Positions 41,172-54,784 of a stretch of DNA of 64,000 nucleotides are shown piece after piece. The stretch is taken from contig NW_021835963.1 in assembly GCF_006345805.1 (NCBI RefSeq), positions 124,001 through 188,000 on the forward strand, given 5' to 3'. The notes below the pieces were generated by a model, which saw only the letters and a list, made by a program, of their open reading frames with translations, had not been told where the DNA came from and searched no databases. How positions within the stretch are numbered: the first letter of the stretch is position 1; the number at the start of each line of letters is the position of its first letter. A program made the translations under genes and the position numbers. This DNA comes from Octopus sinensis. Lineage: Eukaryota.

Positions 41172-41385
41172 TTGTGTGTCTGTGTTTGTCCCCCTAGCAT
41201 TGCTTGACAACCGATGCTGGTGTGTTTACGTCCCCGTCACTTAGCGGTTCGGCAAAAAGAGACCGATAGAATAAGTACTGGGCTTACAAAGAATAAGTCC
41301 CGGTGTCGATTTGCTCGACTAAAGGCGGTGCTCCAGCATGGCCGCAGTCAAATGACTGAAACAAGTAAAAGAGTAAAGAGTAAGA
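40947..41385 (+). mobile_element. tRNA-derived SINE family S1 with internal (TA)/(TG) microsatellite. About 20 copies, e.g. 3400-3802(-), 5750-6193(-), 8490-8950(-), 9050-9490(+), 33190-33550(-), 38010-38350(-), 45531-45924(-), 49980-50320(-), 52305-52640(-), 53905-54290(-), 58195-58590(+), 61008-61410(+), 62970-63420(+)
   Basis: Head ggcgcaggagtggctgtgtgg (A-box) and gggttcagtccc (B-box); CORE-like cttgggcaagtg; tail cagtcaaatgactgaaacaa(gtaaaaga)n. Confidence 0.92.
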
Positions 41386-41399
41386 GAGAGAGTTTAAAA

Positions 41400-41710
41400 A
41401 ATATGTCGACTTTCCTAGGAAATCACAAAGATCCTAATTACAAACAGCTGGTAGCAAAGCTTATTGAAAACTTCAAGAAAATTGGTTGTCGTATGTACTT
41501 AAAGGTTCATTTTTTGCACTCTCACCTAGATTTTTCCCCGAAAACTTGGGTGATGTCAGTGAGGAGCACCAGAACATCGCAACTATGAAAAGAAGATACC
41601 TAGGACGATGGAATACTGCTATAATGGGAGATGATATATGGTCTCTAGTCAGAAGAGATGAAGGTGTACACTCCAGAAAATATCGATCGTTAAAGCACTT
41701 CTCATCTTAA
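41400..41710 (+). mobile_element. DNA transposase C-terminal remnant (Chapaev/CMC-like)
   Basis: FLGNHKDPNYKQLV..GCRMYLKVHFLHSHLDF-FPENLGDVSEEH..MKRRYLGRWN; superfamily assignment from memory. Confidence 0.55.
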
Positions 41711-42090
41711 GAAAAGAGTTATCGAGGCATTTACAGTGCAGAGTTTTATTGTTTCTTTTTGTTCTAACTAATATTATACTTCCTAAATACCTTTCAATAT
41801 ATGAAAAAGTACTAAATGTGGTGTAATTATCCTTACAATACTAGAATTGATTGAACCAACAAAATGCTGTAGAGAAAAGTTACAAATATAACGAGCAAAT
41901 ATGAAATTAGGAATAAATAAATAACTATCGATGTTAGGTAAAAATGAATGTGATTTTTTAATTTAGTGGCAAAAAATGCATATATGAACATTAAAAAATA
42001 CAAATAAACAAAACATGTTTTACATTGTGTAATCTGTGAATGGGCAAAAACGTGTTGTCACCGAGAAACCTAGTTGAAAGATGTATATTT

Positions 42091-42121
<31 letters not shown>

Positions 42122-43199
42122 GCGAATACAAAATACATGGATATCGTTTGTGAAATAGAAGCATGACAGTCGTTTGACAGAATGGTGTATCTGTGTCCTT
42201 ACGTGAAATTGGGGAAGTTAGTTATCATCGTCAACCTGCCAACACTTTACTCCAAGATAACCCCACAATTACCAAAATAAAACAAATTAAAACAAAATAG
42301 GCATTTCGTCTGCCGCTACGTTCTGAGTTCAAATTCCGCCGAGGTCAACTTTGCCTTTCATCCTTTCGGGGTCGATGAAATAAGTACCAGTTACGCACTG
42401 GAGTCGATATAATCGACTTAATCCGTTTGTCTGTCCTTGTTTGTCCTCTCTGTGTTTAGCTCCTTGTGGGTAATAAAGAAATAGTTATATATATTCAGAC
42501 ATTAACACACTTAAGAGTGGTTCTGCTTTTTCTAACACTATCTACTTAATTTATCAACAAGTTTTAATTTTCTACTTCTTTACTTTTTTCTTCTCACTTA
42601 TCGAAAGGGTGGGGGGTCCATGGCAACGAATAAATAAATCAGATATAGCACGTTTCACTTGTTATCTGCTCAGCGGTCATTTTACCAATAGTGGCAACGT
42701 CTTTGTATCATAATTAATGTGAACATTCAATTGAAGGGAAATATACTACGTTACACGTCCAGAGATAACATCTCTTATGGACGTATTATGTTTCGAAACA
42801 CAATATATATATATATATAGAAGACGTCCCAATAGTGGCTAACGAGAACGCTTGATGCATTTCGGCCACGTTGGGCCTCATCAACCTCTGCCTCTCTTCC
42901 CGTTGCTTTGCCAGCATCTTCCATCAAATCATCAACGACTTTCTGTAAACCGATTACCTATTCTTGTTTGTATGCGGAAACCTCTTTGGTCAGATATTTA
43001 TGACTGCGATAAAATAATGAAGGCAATATTTATTAAGCAAGTGAACACTACTATACAAAGAAATAATTAGAGGTAAAAAAAACTCTGAGTAACAGTTTTT
43101 TTTAGATGTCTTAGCAGCTTTATTAATAAAGCATATTACTCTAATTCCGGTATTCGAATACTATTTTTCCATCCTGTTTCACATTTATGTGCTTACTCT

Positions 43200-43260
<61 letters not shown>

Positions 43261-43436
43261 TACTAATATAGGATGAAGCTTTTTTACAGAAAAAAATTTC
43301 ATTAAATAAGTGGCAGCATATTAAAATACCTTTAAAGGTATAATTATAATTATATATATATATATGTGTGTGTGTATGTCTATATATGTATATATAGAGA
43401 TAGATACATACATATATATATACATATGTGTGTATA

Positions 43437-43593
<157 letters not shown>

Positions 43594-44635
43594 CGGTTCG
43601 GCAATAAAACCTAATAAAATAAGTACAAGGCTGTGAAAAAAATGTAAAATTCCTGGGGTCGATTTGTTCGGCTAAAACTCTTCAAGCAGTGCTCCAACAT
43701 GGCCGCAGTCAAATGACTGAAACAAGTAAAAGAATAAAAGAATATATATATAATGTTACGAAGGATAAATAACTTTATTGATCGTGTGACAGATTTGAAG
43801 TATGCTCCACATTTTTGTGCGTCTTTGCCGTGTGGCGGACGATTTGAAATGATGGAGGAAAGCGCGCTGTCAGTTGGCATCGTGAAGAACGCACGGTGTC
43901 GGTTACATCGAAAACAAACAGTAAAATGGAAGAGTCAGTGTGAAGTTGGCTGCGAAAATTGTCGGTGTTACGTTGGCAACGTAAACAAACGTCGGGTGTG
44001 AATTTGGTAATGAAGATGTTACACAAAACATCCAGACACATCTGACTACTTCTTCCACTCTAAGCAAGTTGATTTGCTGGGCTGGCTTGCGGTTTCCTTG
44101 CTGCTGACTTGACTGTTGGATCCGTGTTAGTGTCAAGAGATCCCATTTTGCAACATTTGGTGTCATAAGTGGGATTTTTATTGCTGCAGTGAGCCAATTA
44201 TTCGTTATGGAGTTGAAAAGAGTGCACACAAAGAGACAGGCATGGGAAGAAGATGTGTTTTGGGCTACAATCATGAAAATACTACAAGACCAATGTGATC
44301 GACTGACTGAGTTTAAGTAAAAGCAGAAAGCGCAGCCTACACAACTTCAAGACAGTTGGACATATGGTGCAAGGATCTCAAAACCATGTCCTTGTTTGTC
44401 CTCTCTGTGTTTAGCCCCTTGTTGGTAGTAAAGAAATAGGTATTTCGTCTGGCGCTACGTTCTGAGTTCTAACTCCGCCGAGGTCGACTTTGCTTTTCAT
44501 CCTTTCGGGGTCGATAAAACAAGTACCAGTTATGCACACTGGGGTCGATATAATCGACTTAAACCGTTTGTCTGTCCTTGTTTGTCCTCTCTGTGTTTAG
44601 CCCCTTGTGGGTAATAAAGAAATAAGTATAGATTA

Positions 44636-47600
44636 ATGTTGAATAAAAATAATCTAGATGATTAGCTTCTCCTTTGTGAGTTCAACTCTGGATATGGGCG
44701 ATAAAAACAAGTACAAGTTTATAACCGCGCTAAATTCAATAGACTATACAAGAGATTACGAAACGATGTGTCGCAACACATTAGTATGTCGGCGATAATC
44801 CCTTGACGTGCCACAAAATTAAGTAAAATCTAATGACCGTCATACCACACGAGTAGTCAATTGTCTCTTCTCTTCACTTCTTCATGGAATCGTAATAATG
44901 CCGCCACGAGATACGGAGTGTTTTGCGTACATAAACATGCGAAACCCGTCCCTCTCTGAGTAAAAACGCAGACGATTTGTTTTAGAGAAGGGGAGGAAGA
45001 GGAGTGGGTGAGAGAGAGAATATTTTAAATTGTTTATTTGTTAATTTCTTTGATTTGAGGTAAATCGAAGAAAACTCAATGCATCAGGAAAATTTGTGTT
45101 TTAAAAAAGCGGGACACTAATGTGAAAAGTTTGGAATGTCCGGAGTTATATAATCTTTCGTGACAAATTCATTATCTTCAACGAATTTCAGAAAATCGTG
45201 TTTTGTTACACAAAATCTTCAGTGATACAAGCTAAACGATAATTGATTCTCAACCCACCATTATCTTACTACCGAGGCTGCTAAATGCATGACCATCTCC
45301 TCTTTTAAACATAATATATCTTATTGTGGGTATACATGGGCATTTGAGACTTCAAGTCGAAAAAGTGGGGAATGTTATATAAGCATCATGGTTGACTTGA
45401 AATAACGAAACGAAAGCAGTATTATTTGCAATCGAGAAGAAACAAAAGGAATACTAATACATCGGTTTCAAATTTCAAATCTTGGTCAGTAATTTTGAGG
45501 CCATGGCGTAAGTCGGTTACCTTGACCTCTTTTACTTGTTTCAGTCATTTTACTGTGGCCATGCTGGAGCACCGCATTCGGTCGAGCAAATCGACCCTGG
45601 GACTTATTATTTGTAAGCCTAATACTTATTCTATCGGTCTCTTTTGCCGAACTGCTAAGTTACGGGGACGTAAACACACCAGCATCGGTTGTCAAGCGAT
45701 GTTGGGGGGGGGACAAACACAAACAAACGTATACACACACATACATATATATATACATACATATATACGGCGGGCTTCTTCCAGTTTCCGTCTACCAAAT
45801 CCACTCACAAGGCTTTGGTCGGCCCGAGGTTATAGTAGAAGACACCTGCCCAAGGTTCTACGCAGTGGGACTGAACCCGGAACCACGTTGTTGGTAAGCA
45901 AGCGACTTACCACACAGCCACTCCTTAGCTTTTATCTCACATAATTTCTTGCTAAATGAACGAGTATTTGTTATTTGTGGAAATAACTTAGAACTTAATA
46001 CTGCTTCCTAGATCGCCCTAGATAGTGCACTTCAACTTAGATGTATCAATATACAAAACAGAACCCTCATGATCGTATAAGTGGAGGTTTGATTACGGTA
46101 CCTGAACCTCATGCGATATTATGTGACAGATAAATTTGTACATAAAAATAGACTTTAAGATAGGATCTAATGTAATACATCTGAAAACAATATAACTTCT
46201 GAGATAAAAAAAATTGTTAAAATAATACCTCGAGATAAACATTTGAACTTACATACCGTGGCACTTCTTAGGTTACGACGAGGGTTCCAGTTGGTCCGAT
46301 CAACGGAACAGCCTGCTTGTGAAATTAACGTGCAAGTGGTTGAGTACTCCACAGACACGAGTACTCGTGTACGTAGTTGTCGGAGAGATTCAGCATGACA
46401 CGGGGTGTTACAAGGCTAGTCCTTCGAAATACACGTACAACAGAAACAGGAAGAAAGAGTGAGAGAAAGTTGTGGGGACAGAGTACAGCAGGGTTCGTCA
46501 CCACTCCCTGCCGGAGACTCGTGGAGCTTTAGGTGTTTTCGCTCAATAAACACTCACAGTGCCCGGTCTGGGAATCGAAACCGCGATCCCACAATCGCGT
46601 GTCCGCTGCCCTAACCACTGGGCTATTGCGCCTCCACGGACTTATATATATATATCTAAATATAGAATTGGTGAGAATTCCACATAATACGCATTTCATG
46701 ACACACAAAAATTAATAAAGGGTTCAACTTTCGCTAGAATCTTAATGTGGTGTGTGTAAGTCGGTTACATCGACTCCAGTGCTCAACTGGTACTTATTTT
46801 GTAGACTTCAAAAAGGTGAAAGGCAAAGTCCACCTCGTCAGAATTTGAACTCAAAATGTAGAACCTAAATCTCTTCTAAGCATTTTACCCGAGGCTTTGA
46901 CGATTCTGCCAGCTCGCCGCCTTATATAAAATAAACATATCCTTCTCGATCCCAGGCCAGGCTTATGAGGACAGGTGTCCCGGTTTCAATGGTGTATATA
47001 TTCTCCACTGGGATGGGACGCCAGTCCATCGCAGGTTTACTTATGTTTGCCAGCTGAGTGGACTGGAGCAACGTGAAATGAAGTGTTTTGCTCAAGAACA
47101 CAACGCATCGCGCGGTCCAGGAATCGAAACCACAATCTAACGATACTCTTACCACTGAGCCACACGCCTCTACCTTAGCTTAAATAATACTTGTTATTTC
47201 TACTCTACTATACAAGGCTTGAAATACTGCGGGATGAGCCTTGTCGATTGCATCGGCTTCAGTACTTGAATGATCCTTATTTTATCAACCCCGAAAGGAT
47301 GAAAGGCAGATTCGATTTCGGTGAAACTTGCTCTCGGAACGTCAATCCGGAGGAAATGCCACAAAGCATTTTGTCCGATACGCTAGAGATTCAGCGTAAT
47401 CCTTCTGCTATAAGCACAAGGCCTGAAATTTAGGGAAAGGGAAGTCGATTACATCGACCCCCAATGATTAACTGGTACTTGTTTTGATGAAAGACAAAGT
47501 CGACCTCGGTGAGACTTGAACTCAGAACATAAAACCGTGAGAAATGCCGTTGAGCATTTTGTTTGACATCAAAATCGAAAGCCACAAGCTATGGCCTCGT

Positions 47601-47850
47601 AGATTATTGTATGTATGCGAATTACGTCACTTTATTTTGCTTTGAAATAAATTACACCAGACACGTTTTTTCTCTGTTATTTTTTTCCCCCTTTCCATCC
47701 ATCTTTACCTTCATCCCCTTCTGTTTAAGAGCATAGGCTCGAAACATCAAACAAGCTCCATTTCTCCTAAAAAGAATTCTGTTTTATTTTGTTCAATTTA
47801 TTCTACCATGACATGATGTTTCCCATAGGCCAACAAATTGACATACAGAC
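44636..47850. repeat. Right arm of long inverted duplication
   Basis: Matches 21774-24414 apart from two extra SINEs (45531-45924, 46257-46635) and absence of the 23513-23717 insert. Confidence 0.95.
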
Positions 47851-47895
47851 ATTCTGAATTATCTCCTCTCCTGAAATTTCATCAGCATAGAAGCG

Positions 47896-47945
<50 letters not shown>

Positions 47946-47950
<5 letters not shown>

Positions 47951-48335
47951 AAATTAGAAAAACCGCCTTTTATCACTTCAAAATGAACAATTAAATTACA
48001 CCATTTAGAAAATAATAGAAATATTAAAATTAAAATAATAAAATACCAATGATTAAGTAAATTGCAAAACAATAATAAAAACGTATATAATTGGTTTTTA
48101 TAATTTTTTTGCAATTTACTTAATCATTGGTATTTTATTGGTATTTTATTGTTATTTTAATTTTAATATTTCTATTATATGTAATTTACTAGATGGTGTA
48201 ATTTAATTGTTCATTTTGAATTGATAAAAGGTGGGTTTTTTCTAATTTTTATATATATATATTATATTTTGTGAAATTTGATTTAGTATTTCTAAATTGA
48301 ATTTTTCCCTGTAAGTTAGGATTAATATTCCCTCA
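47946..48335. repeat. Second AT-rich foldback element with the same terminal module as 6561-7125
   Basis: aaattagaaaaaccgccttttatc / gataaaaggtgggttttttctaattt arms; tttttccctgtaagttaggatt module. Confidence 0.8.
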
Positions 48336-48337
48336 AA

Positions 48338-48376
<39 letters not shown>

Positions 48377-48379
48377 GAA

Positions 48380-49790
48380 GGCATTCGCTGGTCTAGAGAG
48401 ACCATGGATCTACGCTCGAAGAGACTGTGCCAATTGCTGATCGTAGTGCAGCGTCTTTTGTGCGTGTAGAGGCCCACACAGGAGTGGCAGTCATATATAC
48501 AGCAACTGCACTTGAAGGAACCCTCTGTCAGCGCCACTGGTTTTTCCTTCTGTCGAGTGCTCTTTTCTTTAGTGACGAGTTCATGTTTTTCTTACCCTAA
48601 CTTCATCCGTTTTCGCAGAATTTGTCTCCAGCCTGGGCAATCATTTGCGACCTCCTCCCACCTAAGAACGTCCATGTCAAGCGATTTCATATCTCCTTTG
48701 CATACGTCCTTGAAACGAAGATGAGGTCGCCTTCGTGCTCTTGTGCTGGTAAGGCGGCGAGCTGGCAGGCCGGGCGAAATGCTTAGCAGTATTTCGTCTG
48801 CCGTTACGTTGTGAGTTCAAATTCCGCCGAGGTTGACTTTGCCTTTCATCCTTTCGGGGTCGATTAAATAGTTACCAGTTACGCACTGGGGTCGATATAA
48901 TCGACTTAATCCGTTTGTCTGTCCTTGTTTGTCCCCTCTATATTTAGCCCCTTGTGGGTAATAAAGAAATTGGTAGCTATTCCATATACAGAAGGAGTTT
49001 TGAGATCCTTCGTCCGGCATGCGATGTGCATGACCGAGCCTTTGCATACGTCCTTGAAACGAAGATGAGTCGCCTTCGTGCTCTTGTGCTGGTAAGGCGG
49101 CGAGCTGGCAGGCCGGGCGAAATGCTTAGCAGTATTTCGTCTGCCGTTACGTTGTGAGTTCAAATTCCGCCGAGGTTGACTTTGCCCTTTCATATCCTTT
49201 TCGGGGTCGATTAAATAGTTACCAGTTACGCACTGGGGTCGATATAATCGACTTAATCCGTTTGTCTGTCCTTGTTTGTCCCCTCTATATTTAGCCCCTT
49301 GTGGGTAATAAAGAAATTGGTAGCTATTCCCTATACAGAAGGAGTTTTGAGATCCTCTCGTCCGGCATGCGATGTGCATGACCGAGCCAGCGCAGACGAC
49401 GCTGCTGGAGCAGGGTGACTACATTGGATATCTTGGTTGAGGACTTGGGTGTTGGTGATGCGGTCGGACCACTTGATATCCAAGATGCGTCTCAAATTAC
49501 GAGGGTGGAAGACATTGAGACGCCTCTCCTGTCTGGAGTAGAGGCTCCACGTCTCACTGCCGTAAAGTTGTGTGCCGTAAAGTAGTAGTGTACTAAGGAC
49601 GCACACCTTATAGACAGTGATCTTGATGTTTTCAGCCAGTTTTCTGTTTTCCTAGACTTCGTTTGTGAGCCTGGAAAATGTGGAGGATGCTTGTTCAATT
49701 CGCTTTTTGATCTCAGGGTCCAGGGAGAGATCATCAGCAATGGCAGAGCTGAGGTAGGTAAATATTGATGGATTACCTCCAGCTTGTAGG
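48380..49790 (-). mobile_element. RTE/BovB-like LINE 3' part with nested SINE and internal duplication
   Basis: CVLSTLLYGSETWSLYSRQERRLNVFH.R.LRRILDIKWSDRITN; HLRFKDVCK; FKCSCC..DCHSCVGLYTHKRRC. Confidence 0.85.
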
Positions 49791-49794
49791 TTGT

Positions 49795-49975
49795 TGAAGG
49801 TGATGGTGGTGGCGGGGGTGATGGTGGTCACGGGGGTGATGGTGGTCACGTGGGTGATGGTGGTGGCGGGGGTGATTGTGGTCACGGGGGTGATGGTGGT
49901 GGCGGGGGTGATGGTGGTCACGGGGGTGATGGTGGTGGCGGGGGTGATGGTGGTGGCAGGGGTGACGGTGGTGAT
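49795..49975. repeat. 18-bp minisatellite GGTGATGGTGGT(GGC/CAC)GGG x ~10
   Basis: Direct reading; explains the TTITP and GGDGG ORFs. Confidence 0.92.
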
Positions 49976-50106
49976 GTCTTTGTAAGCCTAGTACTAATTC
50001 TATTGGTTTCTTTCACCGAACTGCTAAGTTACGGGGACGTAAACACACCAGCATCGGTTGTCAAACGATGTTGGGGGGACAAACACAGACACAGAAACAC
50101 ACACAC

Positions 50107-50147
<41 letters not shown>

Positions 50148-53100
50148 CATATATACGACGGGCTTCTTTGAGTTTCCGTCTACCAAATCCACTCACAAGG
50201 CTTTGGTTGGCCCGAGGCTATAGTAGAAGACACTTGCCCAAGATGCCACGCAGTTGGACTGAACCTGGAACCATGTGGTTCGTAAGCAAGCTACTTACCA
50301 CACAACCACTCCTACGCCTAACCGCTTATAAAATATATTACTGCGCATATTCCTTAGAGCGCGCTTCTTTGGATATATGATCCACTGACTAGACATATGT
50401 ATATCTGTGTGTGTATGTGTGTGTGTGTGTGTGTGTGTCCATCACCGCTTGACAACCGTTGTTGGTGTGTCTACGTCATCGTAACTTAGCTGATAGGCAA
50501 AAGAGAAGCCGATAGAATATGCATCAGGCTTTAAAAAATAAATCGTGGGGGATCGATTTGTCCAGCTAAAACACTTCAAAGCGGTGCTCCAGCATGGCCG
50601 CAGTCAAATAGTTGAAACAAGTGTAAAGGAATAGGAGAAAAATATTGTTGAATATTTCTAGTACCAAGGGCAATAACTCGAGTATGAGTTACAATGGCTC
50701 GGAAGAGTTACTTACCTTGCAGAAAGAAACGCTATTTGACATTCGCAAAAGTATGCTCATGAATAAAGGCAGGGCTATTTTATCAATTGCTTCTCTGACG
50801 TATTTAATAATTCGGAACGTTGTTCAGTGATACACGACGAATAAGTGAAGCGTGCATTAAACGGACATCAAAAATGCTGCATGAAGATAATATGAAATGT
50901 CGGCTTTAAAGTTTGGTACAAGGCCAGCAATTTCGGAGCGGGAGATAATCGATTAATAGCTACCCCAACCCCAACGCCCTGCGGGTGCTTATTTCTGGGG
51001 TCGATTTGCTCGACTAAGGCGTTGCTTCAGACAAATGACGGAAAAAAATAAAAGACAAAAGAATACCAGATTCATACGAACTTTCTCTTTGCCATTATGA
51101 GGTGTTTTTTTTCTTTGCTGTTGTAATTTTTTTTTTTGCATTGGGGGTCGATGTAATCGACTAACTCCCGTCTCCTGAAATTACTAGCCTCGAGCCAAGA
51201 CTCGGACCAATGCGTGTTTGTGCGTGCGTGCATACACAAACACCAGTTGAGTAGAGAGGTTGGTGTAATTGACCAATTCCCACCAAATTTTCAAGTCTTG
51301 TGTTTATAGCAGAAAGAATTATGCGATGTGTTGGTATATTGGCAGGGCAAGATGCTTAGCCACATTTCGTTCTAAGTTCAAATTCGTCTGAGGTCGACTT
51401 TGCCTTTCATCCTTTTGGGATCAATGAAATAAGTACCAGTTGAGTACTTGTGTTGATATAATTGACTTAACCCTCCTCCAAAATTGCTGGCCTTGAGCCA
51501 AAATTTGAAACCAGAAACAAGTGTGAGATTATCAAAACGTGGCCTTATTTGGTATTGAATCTCACTGTATTGGCTAAAAGTACCAAAATAAATAAATAAA
51601 TAAATAAAAAGTGGAGTAAAGATAAGATTCAGCCAGGAGTCCATTGCTAGCCGTATTCTTGTTTATGCCAAAGGACTTTTGGTCCTGCCACTCACTCCGT
51701 CTGACAGCTAGCCGGACAGCACCTAGTGAAACGCTGTGCTAACCAGGCCCTGACCGGATTCTGTCCATCTTAATTTTGTTTTGTCAGGAGCGCAAAGTGA
51801 AGTAAAACACTTTGCTGGAGAACACAATACGTCTCCCGCATCAGGAATCGAACCCACGACTGGTTGATGGCATATCCAGTCATTAAAGCGCTTGGCCTAA
51901 CCAGTAGGTTCACCACGCGCTTTAATGACCAACATTATGAAAATCTAAATCAGTGTTTGTCGAATATTTTTCTGTTGGTGGCGACTCTAAATCACGTCTT
52001 AATTCTAAATATAGTTTATGCCAAAGGACTTTTGGTCCTGCCACTCTCTCGGTCCGACAGAACCTAGCAAAACGTAAAGGAAGGAGCAGGTACTCATGAT
52101 GTTTGCAAGCCTTCCTAAGAATGGTGTGGGTGAATGCTGTTACATGTTCTTTTTAAACTACTGCAGGTAAAACATGAGCAACATGGAGATTCCAGAGGGA
52201 GCGAGTTCAGGAGGGGGGGAAGAAATATTGGGAATGCTGCTTGGTATGGGAAGAGAGAGTGATGTAATATACAAATATATCTGAGTGGATGTGTGTAAGT
52301 ATTCTTTTATTCATTTCAGTTATTTGGCTGCGGCCATGCTGGAGCACCGCCTTTAGTCAAACAAATTGATCCCAGGACTTATTCTTTGTAAGCCTAGTAC
52401 TTATTTCTATCAGTCTGTTTTGTCAAACCACTAAGTTACGGTGACATAAACACACCAACATCAGTTGTCAAGCGATGGTGGGGAAACACAAACATATATA
52501 TATATATATATATATATACATACATACATACATACAATGGGCTTCTTTCAGTTTCTGTCTACCAAATCCACTCACAAGGCTTTGGTTGGCCCAAGGCTGA
52601 ACCCAGAATCATGTGGTTGGTAAGCAAGCTACCTACCACACAGCCATGCCTGCACCTATGTATGTATGTGTTTTCCTTTCAAGTTAATTTTGACTGACCA
52701 TTAGTTGCATTTTTTATTTGTGCCACAGGTATACTGTTATTTGTTAACATTTCCTACTCAATAAATCTCTTGGATAGGTGTGTACTTTTGAAGACATCAT
52801 CATCATTTCACATCATTCCATGTTGGCATGGGCTGGACAGTTTGACAGGAACTGACCATCTGAAGAGCTGCTCGGGCTCCATGTCTGTTTTGGCATGGTT
52901 TCTATGGCCGGATGCCCTTCCTAATGCCAACCACTTCAGAGAGTGTATTGGTTGCTTTAAAGCAGCACTGGCACAGGTGCGTTTACATAGCACCAGCAAG
53001 GGTGCTTTTTACGTGGCATCAGCATCTACGAGCCCACAAGATTAGGAATACTCAGCCAGAGAGGGAAGCAGGGGACATGCTGTATACAAGGAGGACAACA

Positions 53101-53381
53101 GTGCTTTTAATTAGCTTGGCGTGTTTTCTCAGAATAAAATCTGTCTTACTTGAAAAACTGGGAAGGGTTAATAATGGGAAGGATATCTAGCTGTAAAACT
53201 GATGTTTCGATAATATGTATTCATCTAACCCATGCTAGCGCAGAAAAACAGACATAAAAATAAAGAAACACACACACAGAAACAACAACAAAAATTATCA
53301 ATGAGGATATAAGAAATATCATTTATTAAATGTACACATGAAAAAAAAAACCCTGCAAAGATTTTTCCCCCCCAACCGTCT

Positions 53382-53526
53382 TCAGTCTTCCACTAACTGT
53401 CGGTTCATACGAAGAACATCTCCAGGTGCTGGGTAAGGGCGTTGTTGGTACAAGGGACCAGAAGCTGTAACATCAGCGCCTGTCTTAGCTTCACCTCTCT
53501 TATCCAATCCAGTAGACCAAGTACCC
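53382..53526 (-). CDS. PQBP1: PQBP1 terminal exon ([47 protein letters not shown])
   Basis: Acceptor ttaaag; highly conserved C-terminal domain; TGA at 53382. Confidence 0.95.
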
Positions 53527-54406
53527 CTTTAAGAAGATCAAAGGAAAATGCAAACAAATGAATATATATGTCTTTATTGCCCACAAGGGGCTAAACACAG
53601 AGGAGACAAACAAAGACAGACAAAGGGATTAAGTCGATTACATCGACCCCAGTGCATAACTGGTACTTTATTTATCGACCCCCGAAAGGATGAAAGGCAA
53701 AGTCGACTTCGGCGGAATTTGAACTCAGAACGTAGCGGCTGATGAAATACGGCCACGCATTTCGCCCGGCGTGCTAACGATTCTGCCAGCTTGCCGCCTT
53801 GAATATACTTCAATAAAAAATGGTATAAAATTTCCATTAGAAAACCAAGGTTTACAGAGAAAAGCTATATCATAAAGGCAGGCATCAGCCAAGGTTGACT
53901 GTATACTCTCTTTTACTCTTTTATTTGTTTCAGTCATTTGACTGCAGCCATGCTGGAACAGCGCCTTTAATCGAGCAAATCGACCCCAGGACTTATTCTT
54001 TTGTAAGCCAAGTACTTATTCCATCGGTCTCTTTTGCCGAACCGCTAAGTGACGGGGACATAAACATACCAGCATCGGTTGTCAAGCAATGCTAGGGGTA
54101 CAAACACAGACACAAACACACATATATATATATACACATATACGACGGGCTTCTTTCAGTTTCCGTCAAACCAAATCCACTCACAAGGCTATAGTAGAAG
54201 ACACTTGCCCAAGGTGCCACACAGTGGGACTGAACCCGGAACCATGTGGTTGGTAAACAAGCTACTTACCACACAGCCACTCCTGCACATAAATACAAGG
54301 CAAGGCAGACAAACCTCCCATGTTAATTTATATTCTAAGTATTAGCTTAATGATGACAGAGTCATTTAACTAAATGTTTTCATTGACCTCGTCTTGTTTG
54401 TTGTTA

Positions 54407-54450
54407 ACACAACGTTTTGGCTGATATACCCTCCAGCCTTCATCAGGTGT
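54407..54450 (-). ncRNA. Minimal type I hammerhead motif (left arm, G12 to A variant)
   Basis: ACAC-CTGATGA-a-GGCTG(gagggtatat)CAGCC-aAAA-CGTT-GTGT. Confidence 0.65.
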
Positions 54451-54744
54451 CTTGGGGAACTTTTGAACCTGGGTTCTCATTCCTAAGGTATTTTTCGATG
54501 TTATTATTATTAATATTATTATTATTATTATTATTCGGGTCACTGCATGGAATCGAACTCAGAATGTTGGGGTTAGTAGCCTGCGCTCTTAACTACTATG
54601 CCCACGGGCATATGGCATAGTGGTTAAGAGCACGGGCTACTAACCCCAAGATACCAAGTTCAATTCCAAGCAGTGACCTGAATAATAATAATAACATTGA
54701 AAAATACCTTAGGAATGAGAACCCAGGTTCGAAATTTCCCCAAG

Positions 54745-54784
54745 ACATCTGATGAAGGGTGGAGGGTATATCAGCCGAAACGTT
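54745..54784 (+). ncRNA. Minimal type I hammerhead motif (right arm, core intact, stems I and II decayed)
   Basis: acat-CTGATGA-a-GGGTG(gagggtatat)CAGCC-GAAA-CGTT. Confidence 0.6.

Noticed and set aside
43753-44380. Possible transposase (piggyBac-like) or exon in a CpG-richer stretch
   Set aside because: Only vague motif resemblance, frequent stops, and no TIR or splice support I can identify.
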